Shown here in pieces: positions 53,195 through 64,000 of a stretch of DNA of 64,000 nt; within the stretch, counting starts at the first letter, position 1, and the number at the start of each line of letters is the position of its first letter. The DNA comes from Octopus vulgaris (taxonomy: Eukaryota): assembly GCA_951406725.2 (NCBI GenBank), contig OX597816.1, forward strand, positions 131,564,001 to 131,628,000, given 5' to 3'. Below the pieces are notes generated by a model, which worked only from the letters and a program-made list of their open reading frames with translations, was not told the origin of the DNA and did no database searches. Both the position numbers and the translations under genes were made by a program.

Positions 53195-53545
53195 AAAGGA
53201 AGTTGAGGGTGGAGAGGGAAGTGTTGCTTTGTATCAAGTTTGTTGAAAGGTGGGTGAATGTTGGAAGAATGGCCAGTGTGAAAGGACCAATTCTGAGTGT
53301 GCACCTGTAAAAAATTAGAGAAGGGCTTTTGCCCTGTTGTTCAGGCACCCATGGCTTTTGTGGGTTTTTGCATGAGGTCCTTTAAGTACTTCTCCTATTG
53401 GGAGTTTTAATTTGTTTAATTTTTAATTATTATTTATATAGTTTACATGTTGTAAAACCCATTGTATCGTTCTGTTTTTGTCTTTTATGTCGTATGTCTT
53501 TTAATGTAATTTTATGTGAGCCTTTGTGACCAATAAAAGAATGAA
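53195..53545 (+). mobile_element. L1/Tx1-type LINE 3' end
   Basis: LKRKLRVEREVLLCIKFVERWVNVGRMASVKGPILSVHL*, T-rich UTR, ttgtgaccaataaaagaa tail; clade by recollection. Confidence 0.6.
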
Positions 53546-53559
53546 TTATTATTATTATC

Positions 53560-54150
53560 AAGGCAGTGAGGTGGCAGGGTCATAAGCATGTCAGGCAAAA
53601 GGCTTAGTGATATTTTGCCTGTTGCTACGTTCTGAGTTCAAATTCCTTTTGTATTTCTGGAGTCAATAAATTAAGTACCAGTGAAATACTGGAGTCGATG
53701 TAATCCACTAGTCCCCTCCTTCGAAATTCCAGGCCTTGTGCCTTTAGTAGAAAGGATTCTTATCATTATTATTAAGGTAGCAAGCTGGCAGAATTGTTAG
53801 TTTACTGGGCAAAATGCATACCAACATTTCATTCGTCTGCATGTTCTGAGTTCAAATTCAGCTGAGGATGACTTTGTCTTTCATCCTTTTGGGGTTGATA
53901 AATTAAGTACCTGTGCAAAACTGGAGTTGATGTAATCAACTAGTCCCTTCCCTGCAAATTTTCAGGCCTTGTGCCATTTGTAGAAAAGATTATTATCATT
54001 ATTATTATCATCATTATTATTTGTCTGTCTTTACATTCTGAGACTTCAAATTCCACTGAGATCGACGTTACCCTTCATCCTTTCAGGGATGATAAAAAAT
54101 ACCAGTCAATGCAGTTGACCTTCCCTTCCCTCATGCCAAAAGTTGAAGCC
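53560..54150 (+). mobile_element. Three tandem SINE-B copies separated by (ATT)n
   Basis: 53560-53760, 53775-53990, ~54020-54150; gagttcaaattc and ataaattaagtacc blocks. Confidence 0.8.
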
Positions 54151-54183
54151 CATCCTTGAGGAAAATAAATGAAATCATCATCA

Positions 54184-54254
<71 letters not shown>

Positions 54255-54255
<1 letters not shown>

Positions 54256-54648
54256 TATTGTCTTTGCACAGCTTCTAATGCTGGAGATGCACTACAGTGT
54301 CAGCCGTTCACTATCAGTGAACTAAGGTAACAACTCTTATTTTTTAAGCACCATCTGGAGTACTTGCGGGGTTCCAAGTAGTGCTGTTTTTTGCAAGTGC
54401 CCCACTCTTATTGCAGTCCCTATTTGTTCCATGTACTTCTCAAGATTTTTACTCACTGTTCCCAGGCTCTAACAATTATTGGTACTACTACCATCTTTTT
54501 CATTGACCACAACTGCTTAACCTTCCAAGCTGACCTGTCATATCTATTGGCTTCTCTTTCTTCCTTATCGCATTCCTTACCACATACATATAGCTGGGCA
54601 TACTATATCTATGATCCAGTATCGTTTGCTTTCTTTCTCAATTAACAT
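54255..54648 (-). mobile_element. R4/Dong-type non-LTR element 3' end (restriction-like endonuclease) in (TAA)n
   Basis: LIEKESKRYWIIDIVCP...LGTVSKNLEKYMEQIG...HLQKTALLGTPQVLQMVL*; (ATT)n on both sides. Confidence 0.85.
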
Positions 54649-55612
54649 TATCATTATCATTATTATTATTAATTTTGTTATTATTATTATCATCATCATT
54701 ATTAATAATATTATTATTATTATTGTTATTATCATTATATTCTCATAGAGATTAGCTTTAGAGACAAAATGCAACGAAAATTTTACTACTTTGCACTGAA
54801 AATTTGACCATTTTAAAGTCAAAACTTAATAGATAAAAAAAAATCACCACCACAATCATAAACAAATCTGAACCTCAATCTCCATGTAACTGTGCCATCT
54901 CTACACATCTTACCAGTTTAAAAGGATGTATTTTGGTAAGACACTGGTATATTAAGCTAAAGTCATGTCATCTTCTGACAGAGACAGAGAAACATTGAAT
55001 TCACTTAAAAACTGGTAATTTTCCACTAGCACTCACAACATAGAAGTACTACAAAATTGGTTAAATATATCTGGAGTCTAAAAGACAAAAATGCAATATA
55101 TATAACAATAAAGTAGTCAGTCAATAGAAATGTCACCTTATACTCTAAGAGTTCAATAGATGCTAACTCTCTCTAGTAGAAAAATTTAACATCCTACCAA
55201 ATGAAAGTATGCTTTTAAACAAAAGGCTTATCTCTAAGTGCTGACATAATGATTGGTATCTTTTTAGATATTTTCTGTTTCAGACAAGCAAAATACTTTG
55301 GTCTATGTTTATATTTGATCACCAATGAAAAATAGTTTCATAAACATTTTACGAAAGTAATTTTATATATAAACATTTACAATTGAGTGATTGCGTGATA
55401 TGAAGTTTGCTTCCTAACTGCATGATTGTGGGTTCAGTCCCACTACTTGGCATCTTGGACAAGTTGCCTTCTACTGGAGCCCCAGGACAACCAAAGCCTT
55501 ATTTATACCTCTGGAAACTGTCAGAAGTGGCTGTCAGAGAATTTCTATGACTTCACCATCCCCAATTTCTGGTGTCCTAATTCCTCCAGTTCATACATAC
55601 AGGCATGCATGC

Positions 55613-55655
<43 letters not shown>

Positions 55656-55737
55656 CATATATACCATATATCTTATATACTATATATACATATATGTATA
55701 TATATACATACACAAGTGTGCATGATTGTGTATAGAA

Positions 55738-56060
55738 GAATATATTACTGAAAGAAATTCCAACTTTGATTTTCACATTTTATTTACAATACGATAATAT
55801 AATATGATGAAATGATAGAATATTAAATGTCCATTCTGATTGAACATGTACGTTCATGCAGTTGTAAATTGTAAAGCATAACTATCACCACTACAATATG
55901 AACCTGAAGATTGCGTAGTTTATGCATGAAAGTACTAGTTCAATCAGAATTGACATTTAATATTTTATCATTTCATCATATTGTATTATCTTATATTATA
56001 TTGTTATAAGATTGTAAATAAAATATGAAAACCAAAGTTGGAATTTCTTTAAGTAATATA
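55738..56060. mobile_element. Fold-back element carrying a minimal hammerhead
   Basis: Arms ~55741-55860 and 55923-56060 are inverted copies. Confidence 0.8.
55899..55942 (+). ncRNA. Minimal type I hammerhead ribozyme
   Basis: tgaac-CTGAAGA-t-tgcgta-gtt-tatgca-t-GAAA-gtac-TA-gttca; palindromic GTAC loop III. Confidence 0.8.
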
Positions 56061-56188
56061 TGTATATACATCATCATCATCATCATCATCGTTTAGCATA
56101 GGTAAAAAATTAATGAGTGAATGCATTACATACATAATATTTTCAGGATTAAATAAAAAGAAAACAAATGGAAAATATGACACACTTG

Positions 56189-56284
<96 letters not shown>

Positions 56285-56289
56285 TTATA

Positions 56290-56956
56290 ATTTTAAAAAC
56301 CTGTAGTAGATAAAAATACGAACATATACTAAATAGACAAATGGAAAACACAAAAGGTAACCAACTCCTTTTCACTTATTGGCCAGAGGGTTGAACATAA
56401 TTTCGGCCATTATCGATATTACTTTCACTCTGGAGGCACTAACAAGAAACTTGCTGGGAATGGGACCAAAACATAACGAAACAAGACAGGCTCGAGATGA
56501 GACTGTTAGTAGATGGATGAGGGACAAGACAATAAACAGAATAAAGGCTTAGGGTCACACGGAGACAACAATTAAAATGATAATGATACATATACAGCAA
56601 AAGAAGCCTTAGGGCTGCAAGACAAGGCAAAAATGGGTAACACAGAGGAGAAATGAAAATCTGTCCTACAGGACTAAAGGTGGTAGAGTGAGGAACCCAG
56701 AAAATTGTGACCAGTCTGGTTGAAGACAATGCAAAAATGAATGACACCACCTTAGGCTATCACAAATCATGTGATAATGGGATATATATATAATTTTTAA
56801 AAAACATATAGTAAATAAACATACGAATATGTACTAAATACATAGGTGAATAGAAAACACAAAAGGTCACCAACTCCTCTTCAGTTATTGGTCAGAGAGT
56901 CGAGCACAATTTTAGCCATTATTGATAATATTGCTTCCACTACAGGTTTTTTAAAG

Positions 56957-56960
<4 letters not shown>
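56290..56960 (-). mobile_element. Element with ~140-bp direct repeats in (TA)n, possibly Penelope pseudo-LTRs
   Basis: 56290-56430 resembles 56795-56940; short terminal inversion ttttaaaaacctgtagt / actacaggttttttaaa. Confidence 0.5.
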
Positions 56961-57000
<40 letters not shown>

Positions 57001-57002
<2 letters not shown>

Positions 57003-57165
57003 GACGGGCTTCTTTCAGTTTCCGTCTACCAAATCCACTCACATGGCTTTGGTCGGCCTGAGGCTATAGTAGAAGACACTTGCCCAAGGTGCCATGCAGT
57101 GGGACTAAACCCGGAACCATGTGGTTCATAAGCAAGCTACTTACCACACACCCACTCCTATGCCT
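57001..57165 (-). mobile_element. SINE-A head, young
   Basis: acgacgggcttctttcagtttccgtctaccaaatccactcac...ccactcctatgcc. Confidence 0.9.
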
Positions 57166-57336
57166 ACATATATACACATATACATACATTTATAATATAC
57201 ATGTATATATACACACACATATATATATATATACATACATTTATTATACATATATATATATATATATATTATTATTATTATATATATTATTATATATTAT
57301 ATATTATCATTATTATTGTTATTATCATTATCATTA

Positions 57337-57389
<53 letters not shown>

Positions 57390-57654
57390 AATCCTATTCT
57401 GTCTCTGTGTGCAAAAGATTATAACGGCCGTATTTTTCTACTTGTTTTCTCCAAACTGGGAACATACATTACTTATATTCCAGAGATGGTTTTAGACTCT
57501 TAACATTTTTCACATATTGAGTAATGGGACCCCTGGGGGCAGAAAATACCTGTTCCTGGGTTATGCTGAGAAGTGGGATAACACTTTGCAAAGTAACTTT
57601 CAGAAATTGATTGTCTTCCTTACATCCGTTGGTCAAAAGATTATCCCAGTCTCA

Positions 57655-57950
57655 TCTTTATATATAAAAGTAAAGTTGTGTGTCTGTCTCCTACGATTTA
57701 GATTCCTAACTACTCCCACATGTTGCAGTGCAGTTTAACCAAAACCGGGTATCTTATAGTCGTGATTCATATCGAGCCCTTCTGGGTATTAGCGCGCATC
57801 TACGATGAGTCTACGATTTTAAAAATAATTTACCATCATTTTTTTCCATTTTTAATGCATTTTTTTGCTATTTTTTGGCTATAACTCTCTAAAAATGCTT
57901 ATATAGTTATTTCCCTTACAAACCCGAGCAATGCCGGACGATACTGCTAG
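57655..57950 (+). mobile_element. Non-autonomous Helitron
   Basis: A|TC start; subterminal cccgagcaatgccgga hairpin; CTAG|T end; 5' ~200 bp shared with 59913-60110. Confidence 0.85.
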
Positions 57951-58104
57951 TCTAATATATAAAATAGAGATGTGTGCTTTCACTTTTCACATGTATCTCT
58001 ATCTCTCTATCCATCTCTTTCTCTATATCTAGGTATCTCTCTGTATCTATCTGTCTATATCTTATCTATCTACCTATATCTACATTATTTGTCTAACTAG
58101 CTAA

Positions 58105-58138
<34 letters not shown>

Positions 58139-59049
58139 CTCACCCACTCTCTATTATTTTCATTTCATTTTTCAAACACTAAGATTTCAATTGCTATTTA
58201 CAAACAACAATGGCATATTACTGACAGAAAGAAGTTCACAATTACTGATGAAAGTAATTTCATATATAATTTACTGACTGAAGTAACTTCATAAATTTCA
58301 CTACAGATGACATCATTTGGAGCCACAAGAGATTTAAGTGAGTGAGGATTCATGCAAACTTTCAAGATCCAAGGTCAAATTTATCATCAGATTGGCTCTC
58401 TACTACCTCTGTCAGATGAATCACCAAAATCGACCTTTCATTGTTTATAATCTGTACCTGTTTTTTGGTTATGAAATAAGCTACACAAAACGTATTTTTA
58501 AATTATGTGTGTGGTGTTATGAGTCAGGCTGTGTTGTAGGGAAGGATCGGAAGTAAGGGAGTAGGCATGTCCTGTCGGAAGTGGGGCATGTGGATCCCAC
58601 TGGAAGTGCCATGGTGGACATGCGGCATTCAACGAAGCATGAGAGTCAGTCTGCAGTGAACAGCACATTAGAGTGGATGTGCGAGAAAGTAGAGCATCGG
58701 ATAGCACACATGGACGTGGAGTGAACCTTGAAGATCATGACAGCACGTGTATGTTGAAGTGACCCTTTCTCCGGACTGACAGGTAAGACTACCATAATTC
58801 TCTCTTCACTTCTGTCTTCTTTCTTCCTTTACATCACAATGTGTATTTACTTTATATACATACAGGAGTTGAAAACTTTCTTTTAACATTTCACTTAATG
58901 TCTATGTTCCATGCTGGCATGGGTTGTAGAGTTATTAATGTAGAAACTTGGTATCTCAGCTACTAGCAGTTGAGACCTGCGTAATCTAGACAGTGTTTTT
59001 AAATTTCATTATTCTCTTTAACCCAGGCAATGCTGAGTATATCTGCTAG
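57951..59049 (+). mobile_element. Helitron derivative with RepHel N-terminal fragment
   Basis: TC start abuts the previous CTAG; 58301-58428 reads QMTSFGA...TFKIQGQIYHQIGSLLP; ends cccaggcaatgctgag...CTAG|T. Confidence 0.8.
58510..58838. mobile_element. Solo LTR nested in a Helitron
   Basis: TGTGGTGT...ACATCACA termini; 5-bp TSD ATGTG at 58505-58509 and 58839-58843. Confidence 0.75.
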
Positions 59050-59111
59050 TATATATATATATATATATATATATACAGTAGAATGCTAAAAAGAAAGTTC
59101 TTGGTACAGTA

Positions 59112-59910
59112 TCTCTTATTATAAAAGGCAGATTTTATCTGCCTCCCTTTGTCTCTTATAGAAATCTACAATATAGGATTTCTTCAATTACAATTTACCT
59201 AGCATTTTAAAAAGTAGAATGCATCGGGTCTTGCCAGGTCCACTTTTTAAAATTTCAACCCCAATTAAGCAAAATTTAGAGAAAACTCACATTGTGGTGT
59301 ATGAGTCAAATGCTTTTCTTAGTGTGGGATACAGCACACGCACACGCACACACACAGTGTGCAACGAATAAAGTGAAAGTAATTCACTGTGTGTGTGTTG
59401 ACAGGTAGACAATAGAATGCGATGGCGATGGCGATGTAATATTTGTTTCTGTCTATGACGCTGATAGATACATGAGTAAAATGTATGGGAAGCTAAGAGA
59501 TAAGAGTGAGTGAAAATGTTCTTGGAAGAGAGTAAATAGTGAGAGAGTGATTTGAGGAAGACTTTACATTAAATAACCGTAGTGGCCTGTCATATGAAGA
59601 GGAGTGAGAGGGTACTGGAGGAAATAGGGTGAGTGAGGAAGATGGCCCCTAGCAACCACACCTTTTAAGATAGGGATTTCTAAGGTAGCCCACGAGCATC
59701 GTCACCTCATTCTACATGTCCCTGTAAATTTTGGAGCGAATCGGACGGGATAAAGTTATCTTGAAGAAACAGAAAGATCGCCCAAAAGTGTATATAGATA
59801 TTTAAATGTATTTATATATTCATCTATACACACATGTATGTATAATGTGCGTGTATATATTTCCATAGAGGTAACCATTCAATCCATACAAAGTTTTTTA
59901 GGATGAAAAT
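59112..59910 (+). mobile_element. Probable Helitron 5' part
   Basis: A|TCtcttattataaaa start resembling the neighbouring Helitron starts; no CTAG end of its own seen. Confidence 0.5.
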
Positions 59911-59912
59911 AT

Positions 59913-60756
59913 TTATATATAAAATAAAGGTTGTGTGTCTGTCTACTCCGATTTAGATTCCTAACTACTCCCACATTTTGCGATGCAGTTTAACCAAAAC
60001 CGGGTATCTTATAGTCGTGATTCATATCGAGCCCTTCTGGGTATTAGCACGCGTCTACGATGAGTCTATGATTTTACAAATAATTTACCATCATTTTTTT
60101 CCATTTTGATGCATATTTTTTTAAATAAAGGGAAGTAACTCTCAAACTTCACACCAATATGCGTGCTCATATGCGACGTAATATCACATCAGCAGCATTT
60201 CCTCACACCCTCCTTGCACTTGGCGAAGGCAAAATACCAGGGGATGAAAATGGTAATATTGCCATCGATTCCATTTGTAACATTGTTAAGATGCCTTCTG
60301 ATCTCAGAGATGCAGTGTTCCCAGATCTACAAGCTAATTATCAGAATATGGATTGGATTGGCAAAAAGGCTATACTGGCCCCGAGGAATAAAACTGTTCA
60401 CCATATTAATGATGAAATGCTAAAACTCATTCCTGGGGAAGTCTATGTATATCAGTCTATCGATACAACTCCTGACCCAGAGGACGTCATCAACTATCCA
60501 ATAGAGGTACTCAATTCCTTTGAGCACCCCGGACTACCACCACACTTTCTCAAACTTAAAGTTGGTGCCCCTATAATGCTCATCAGAAATTTGGTTCCCC
60601 CAAAACAATGCAATGGCACACGTTTGATCGTTAAGTCCTTATCTCCCACTGTAAACTTATATCAATATTTGCCTGAATAATCATCATAATTCAGTGCAAT
60701 CATTAACAGTACTTTCAAGCAATTCAGCCCCAAGCAACGCCGGGCAATTCTGCTAG
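59913..60756 (+). mobile_element. Helitron derivative carrying a Pif1 helicase fragment
   Basis: 5' end shared with 57655; 3' cccaagcaacgccggg hairpin and CTAG|T. Confidence 0.9.
60141..60650 (+). pseudogene. Helitron Pif1-family helicase fragment (stop-free)
   Basis: LKLHTNMRAH...AILAPRN...SIDT...YPIEVLNS...GLPPHFLKLKVGAPIMLIRNL...CNGTRLIV. Confidence 0.92.
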
Positions 60757-60829
60757 TTATATATATTTGAAAGAATGAGAAGAAATGGCTTTTTTGAGGG
60801 GATAATTATTAATCTCTGTAAACATTATA

Positions 60830-61254
60830 GGCGTAGGAGTGGCTGTGTGGTAAGTAGCTTGCTTATCAACCACATGGTTCTGGGTTCAGTCCCACTGCGT
60901 GGCACCTTGGGAAAGTGTCTTCTACTATAGCCTCAGGCCGACCAAAGCTTTGTGAGTGGATTTGGTAGATGGAAACTGAAAGAAACCCATTATATATATA
61001 CACACACACATATATATATATATATGAATATATATGTGTGTATGAACTTGTGTGTCCGTGTTTGTCCCCCAAATCATCACATGACAACCAATGCTGGTGT
61101 GTTTATGTCCCCATAACCTAACGGTTTGTCAAAAGAGACTGATAGAATAAGTACTAGGCTTACAAAGAATAAGTCTTGGGGTTAATATGTTCGACTGAAG
61201 GTGGTGCTCCAGCATGGCCGCAGTCAAATGACTGAAACAAATAAAAGAAAAGAA
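60830..61254 (+). mobile_element. Full-length SINE-A (reference copy)
   Basis: A box tggctgtgtgg, B box ggttcagtccc, CORE-like ggcaccttgggaaagtgtctt, internal (TA)n, tail hairpin cagtc-aaat-gactg and aaaaga repeats. Confidence 0.93.
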
Positions 61255-61439
61255 TATATATATAAGCAATAATAAATCTCTGAGTGAGGTATAAACAGTA
61301 GCTGCATGACATTGTGAAGTATAATTGCCACTTAAATGTGGCTAACCCTTAAGGGTGGAGGCTACTGCAGCTTGTAGCCCCAGGAGGACATCTCCTCCAG
61401 CTCGCTATTGACACACTATCTGTGCCCTATTAGTATTTG

Positions 61440-61471
<32 letters not shown>

Positions 61472-61478
<7 letters not shown>

Positions 61479-61866
61479 GAGGGAATATTATTCCAAACTT
61501 ACAGGGAAAAATTCAATTTAGAAATACTAAATCAAATTTCACAAAATATAATATATATATATATAAATTAGAAAACAACCACCTTTTATCAATTCAATAA
61601 TGAAAAATTAAATTATGCCATTTAGAAAAATTACCTATTATAGAAATATTAAATATAAGATAAAACATATAATGATGATTAAGTAATGTGCAAAATAATA
61701 AATAAAAAATAAATAAAACGTATTCTCCCAAATATATACGTTTTACTTAATCATTGTTGTATGCTTTATCTAATATATAATCTTTCTATAATAGGTCATT
61801 TTTCTGAATGGTATAATTTAATTTTTCATTATTGAATTGATAAAAGGTGTTTCTTTTCTCATTTAT
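61472..61866. mobile_element. AT-rich fold-back element in (TA)n
   Basis: Arms ~61565-61686 and 61745-61866 are inverted copies. Confidence 0.75.
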
Positions 61867-62317
61867 ACACACACACACACACATGTACGATATATACATA
61901 TCATCACCATTCATTATCATAATTTAACATCCATTTTCCATGCTCGTATGGTTTGGATGGTTTGACAGCAGCTGGCCAGCTGGGAAGCTGTCTGGACTCC
62001 AATTTTCTGTTGTGTGTATATAAATGTACACACACACACACACATATACATCTCTCCATACATACATACATGTGTGCATATGTGTATGTATGCATGTATA
62101 TATGTACACATACATATATGTGTGTTGAGAATGTATGCATGGTCAAGTGATCAGAAGGTTTCATTCAGAATCACAAAGTCCCAGGTTCAATATCACTGTG
62201 TAGCATCTTGAGCAGGTGTATTTGCCATAGCCTCACATCATGCCAAGCGTAGTGAGTGACTTCTGAGTTGATGGAATCTATAGAGAAGCTTATCAGTCAG
62301 ACTGTGACTGTAAATCA

Positions 62318-62516
62318 CAGGGTGTTCCAGCAACTCAAAACTCAATTTCTGAATGGTTTAAATGGTGTGGGCAGCCATATGTTGGCATGTAATGTTGTGC
62401 AACAATAACACTTGATTTGATAATAGACATCAGTATTTGGTATGATTCCTGGTTTCAGTTTGTAGGTCAGCATTTCTCTGTAGCCTACATTAGTAACTGT
62501 AGACTCCTTTTCTAGG
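62318..62516 (-). mobile_element. Duplicate of the mariner fragment at 63716-63914
   Basis: Near-identical ~200 bp. Confidence 0.85.
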
Positions 62517-62676
62517 CAATATTGTCATACAGCATCATACCAACTGTACCTGAGTTTTACATTAAGGGCATGTATGTCTGTGGAATACTCATACTCTGCA
62601 TGCAGTAATTCAATGAGTAGGTCATCCATTTAATTGACCGACTGGAGGTTCATATATGGAAATTGGCAGAAGAGTC

Positions 62677-62735
62677 CATCATCATCATCATTGTCATCAT
62701 TGTCATCATCGTCGTCGTCATCATCGTCATCATCG

Positions 62736-62790
<55 letters not shown>
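62677..62790. repeat. (CAT)n microsatellite
   Basis: Direct reading. Confidence 0.95.
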
Positions 62791-63689
62791 GTATGTATGA
62801 AGATATGTATGCATGTATGTAAGCATGTATCTATCTGGTTGTCTGTCTGTCTGGCTATGTAACACAATTAGAAAGGAATTTTATCAAATATTTTCTTAAA
62901 ATTACCTCTTAAAAAAACCCAACAAAACAAACTATGTGTATGTGTGAGAGAGCATGTATGTGTATACATGTGTGCATGTGTGGATACACATTTCACTACA
63001 TTCCATATTTAATTAATTTTAATTAATTAAAATTTCTTGGCATACTATATTAGTTATGCTAGCACTCACTTTACTATATACAAACACACACACACACACA
63101 CAAACACATGCATTCACACACACACTGTGCTTTCAGGTTCAGTGGTTAAGAAGTTTTCTTTGCATTCCTGAAATTTGGGTTTGGTCGTACTTTATGGCAT
63201 TCTACTTTGGTCCATGCCATTTTCAATAACCTTAGGCAATCCCTTATTGTGTGCATGAAACTGAAGAGATAAAAACTGTGTGGAAAGCAATCAGATGGAT
63301 TTTCTTTGATGTCCAGGTCTAATGAGATCAGTTTGGTAGAGAGCATCATGTATGCCAAAGCAGAACTTATTGGACCTAAATATAAAAACATCAAGAAAGA
63401 TAGGTCTTCTATTTTGCTTTTGTACATTAATGTATGCCAGAGACTATGGTTACTGTTATAACCCTAGGCTTTTCTACCTCACTTTCTCCATATTTTTCTT
63501 TTGTATGTGTATGTGTGTGTACATGTAGGTGTGTATAAATGTGTGTGCATGTATGTATGTCTCTTAATGTCTTTCACTTTTTTCTCCTCTCTTTTTTTAA
63601 CCATAACCTGCCTTACCTTCTGTCACCCTCTATTCTGTATGCTGTCCTGCTTCTGCTAGTTGTGCAGTCCTTTATGCATAAAGGATGTT

Positions 63690-64000
63690 TGAATGGGGAA
63701 GATCTGGGCTGTATTCAGGGTGTTCCAGCAACTCAAAACTCAATTTCTCAATGGTTTAAATGGTGTGGGCAGCCATATGTTGGCATGTAATGTTGTGCAA
63801 CAATAACACTTGATTTGATAACAGACATCAGTATTTGGTATGATTCCTGGTTTCAGTTTGTAGGCCAGCATTTCTCTGTAGCCTACATTGGTAACTGTAG
63901 ACTCCTTTTCTAGGTAATGTTCCAGAATAAGCACTCTTGCATCCCACAAAACGGTCAGCTTTACCTTTTCTGTGGAAGGATGAGTCTTGAATTTTTTTCA
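63690..64000 (-). mobile_element. Mariner transposase relic
   Basis: WDARVLILEHYLEKESTVT...EMLAYKLKP...LEHPEYSPDL. Confidence 0.85.

Noticed and set aside
60159-60680. Host PIF1 gene exon
   Set aside because: Enclosed by Helitron termini and of Helitron helicase type

Overview
AT-rich, microsatellite-dense animal genomic DNA made almost entirely of transposable-element debris. I infer an octopod cephalopod (Octopus-like) from my recollection of these SINE/RTE families; this was not checked against a database. No host protein-coding exon is supported, and nearly all listed ORFs are microsatellite artefacts. Recognisable content: many RTE-clade LINE 3' ends (mostly minus strand) with a stem-loop minisatellite in the 3' UTR; at least four tRNA-derived SINE families; a decayed Penelope-like element (RT plus GIY-YIG) carrying a consensus hammerhead ribozyme; several fold-back elements carrying hammerhead motifs, mostly in (TA)n; mariner/Tc1 relics; piggyBac-, hAT- and Tc1-type MITEs; a head-to-tail Helitron cluster with Rep and Pif1 fragments and a nested solo LTR; a chimeric LTR element; and CR1, Tx1/L1 and R4/Dong LINE ends. 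Most notable: the hammerhead-bearing fold-back elements, two independent same-orientation insertions at the same site in one SINE head, and the modular RTE 3' UTR hairpin array. Family labels SINE-A/B/C/E are my own. Coordinates were read by eye and boundaries of decayed copies are approximate.
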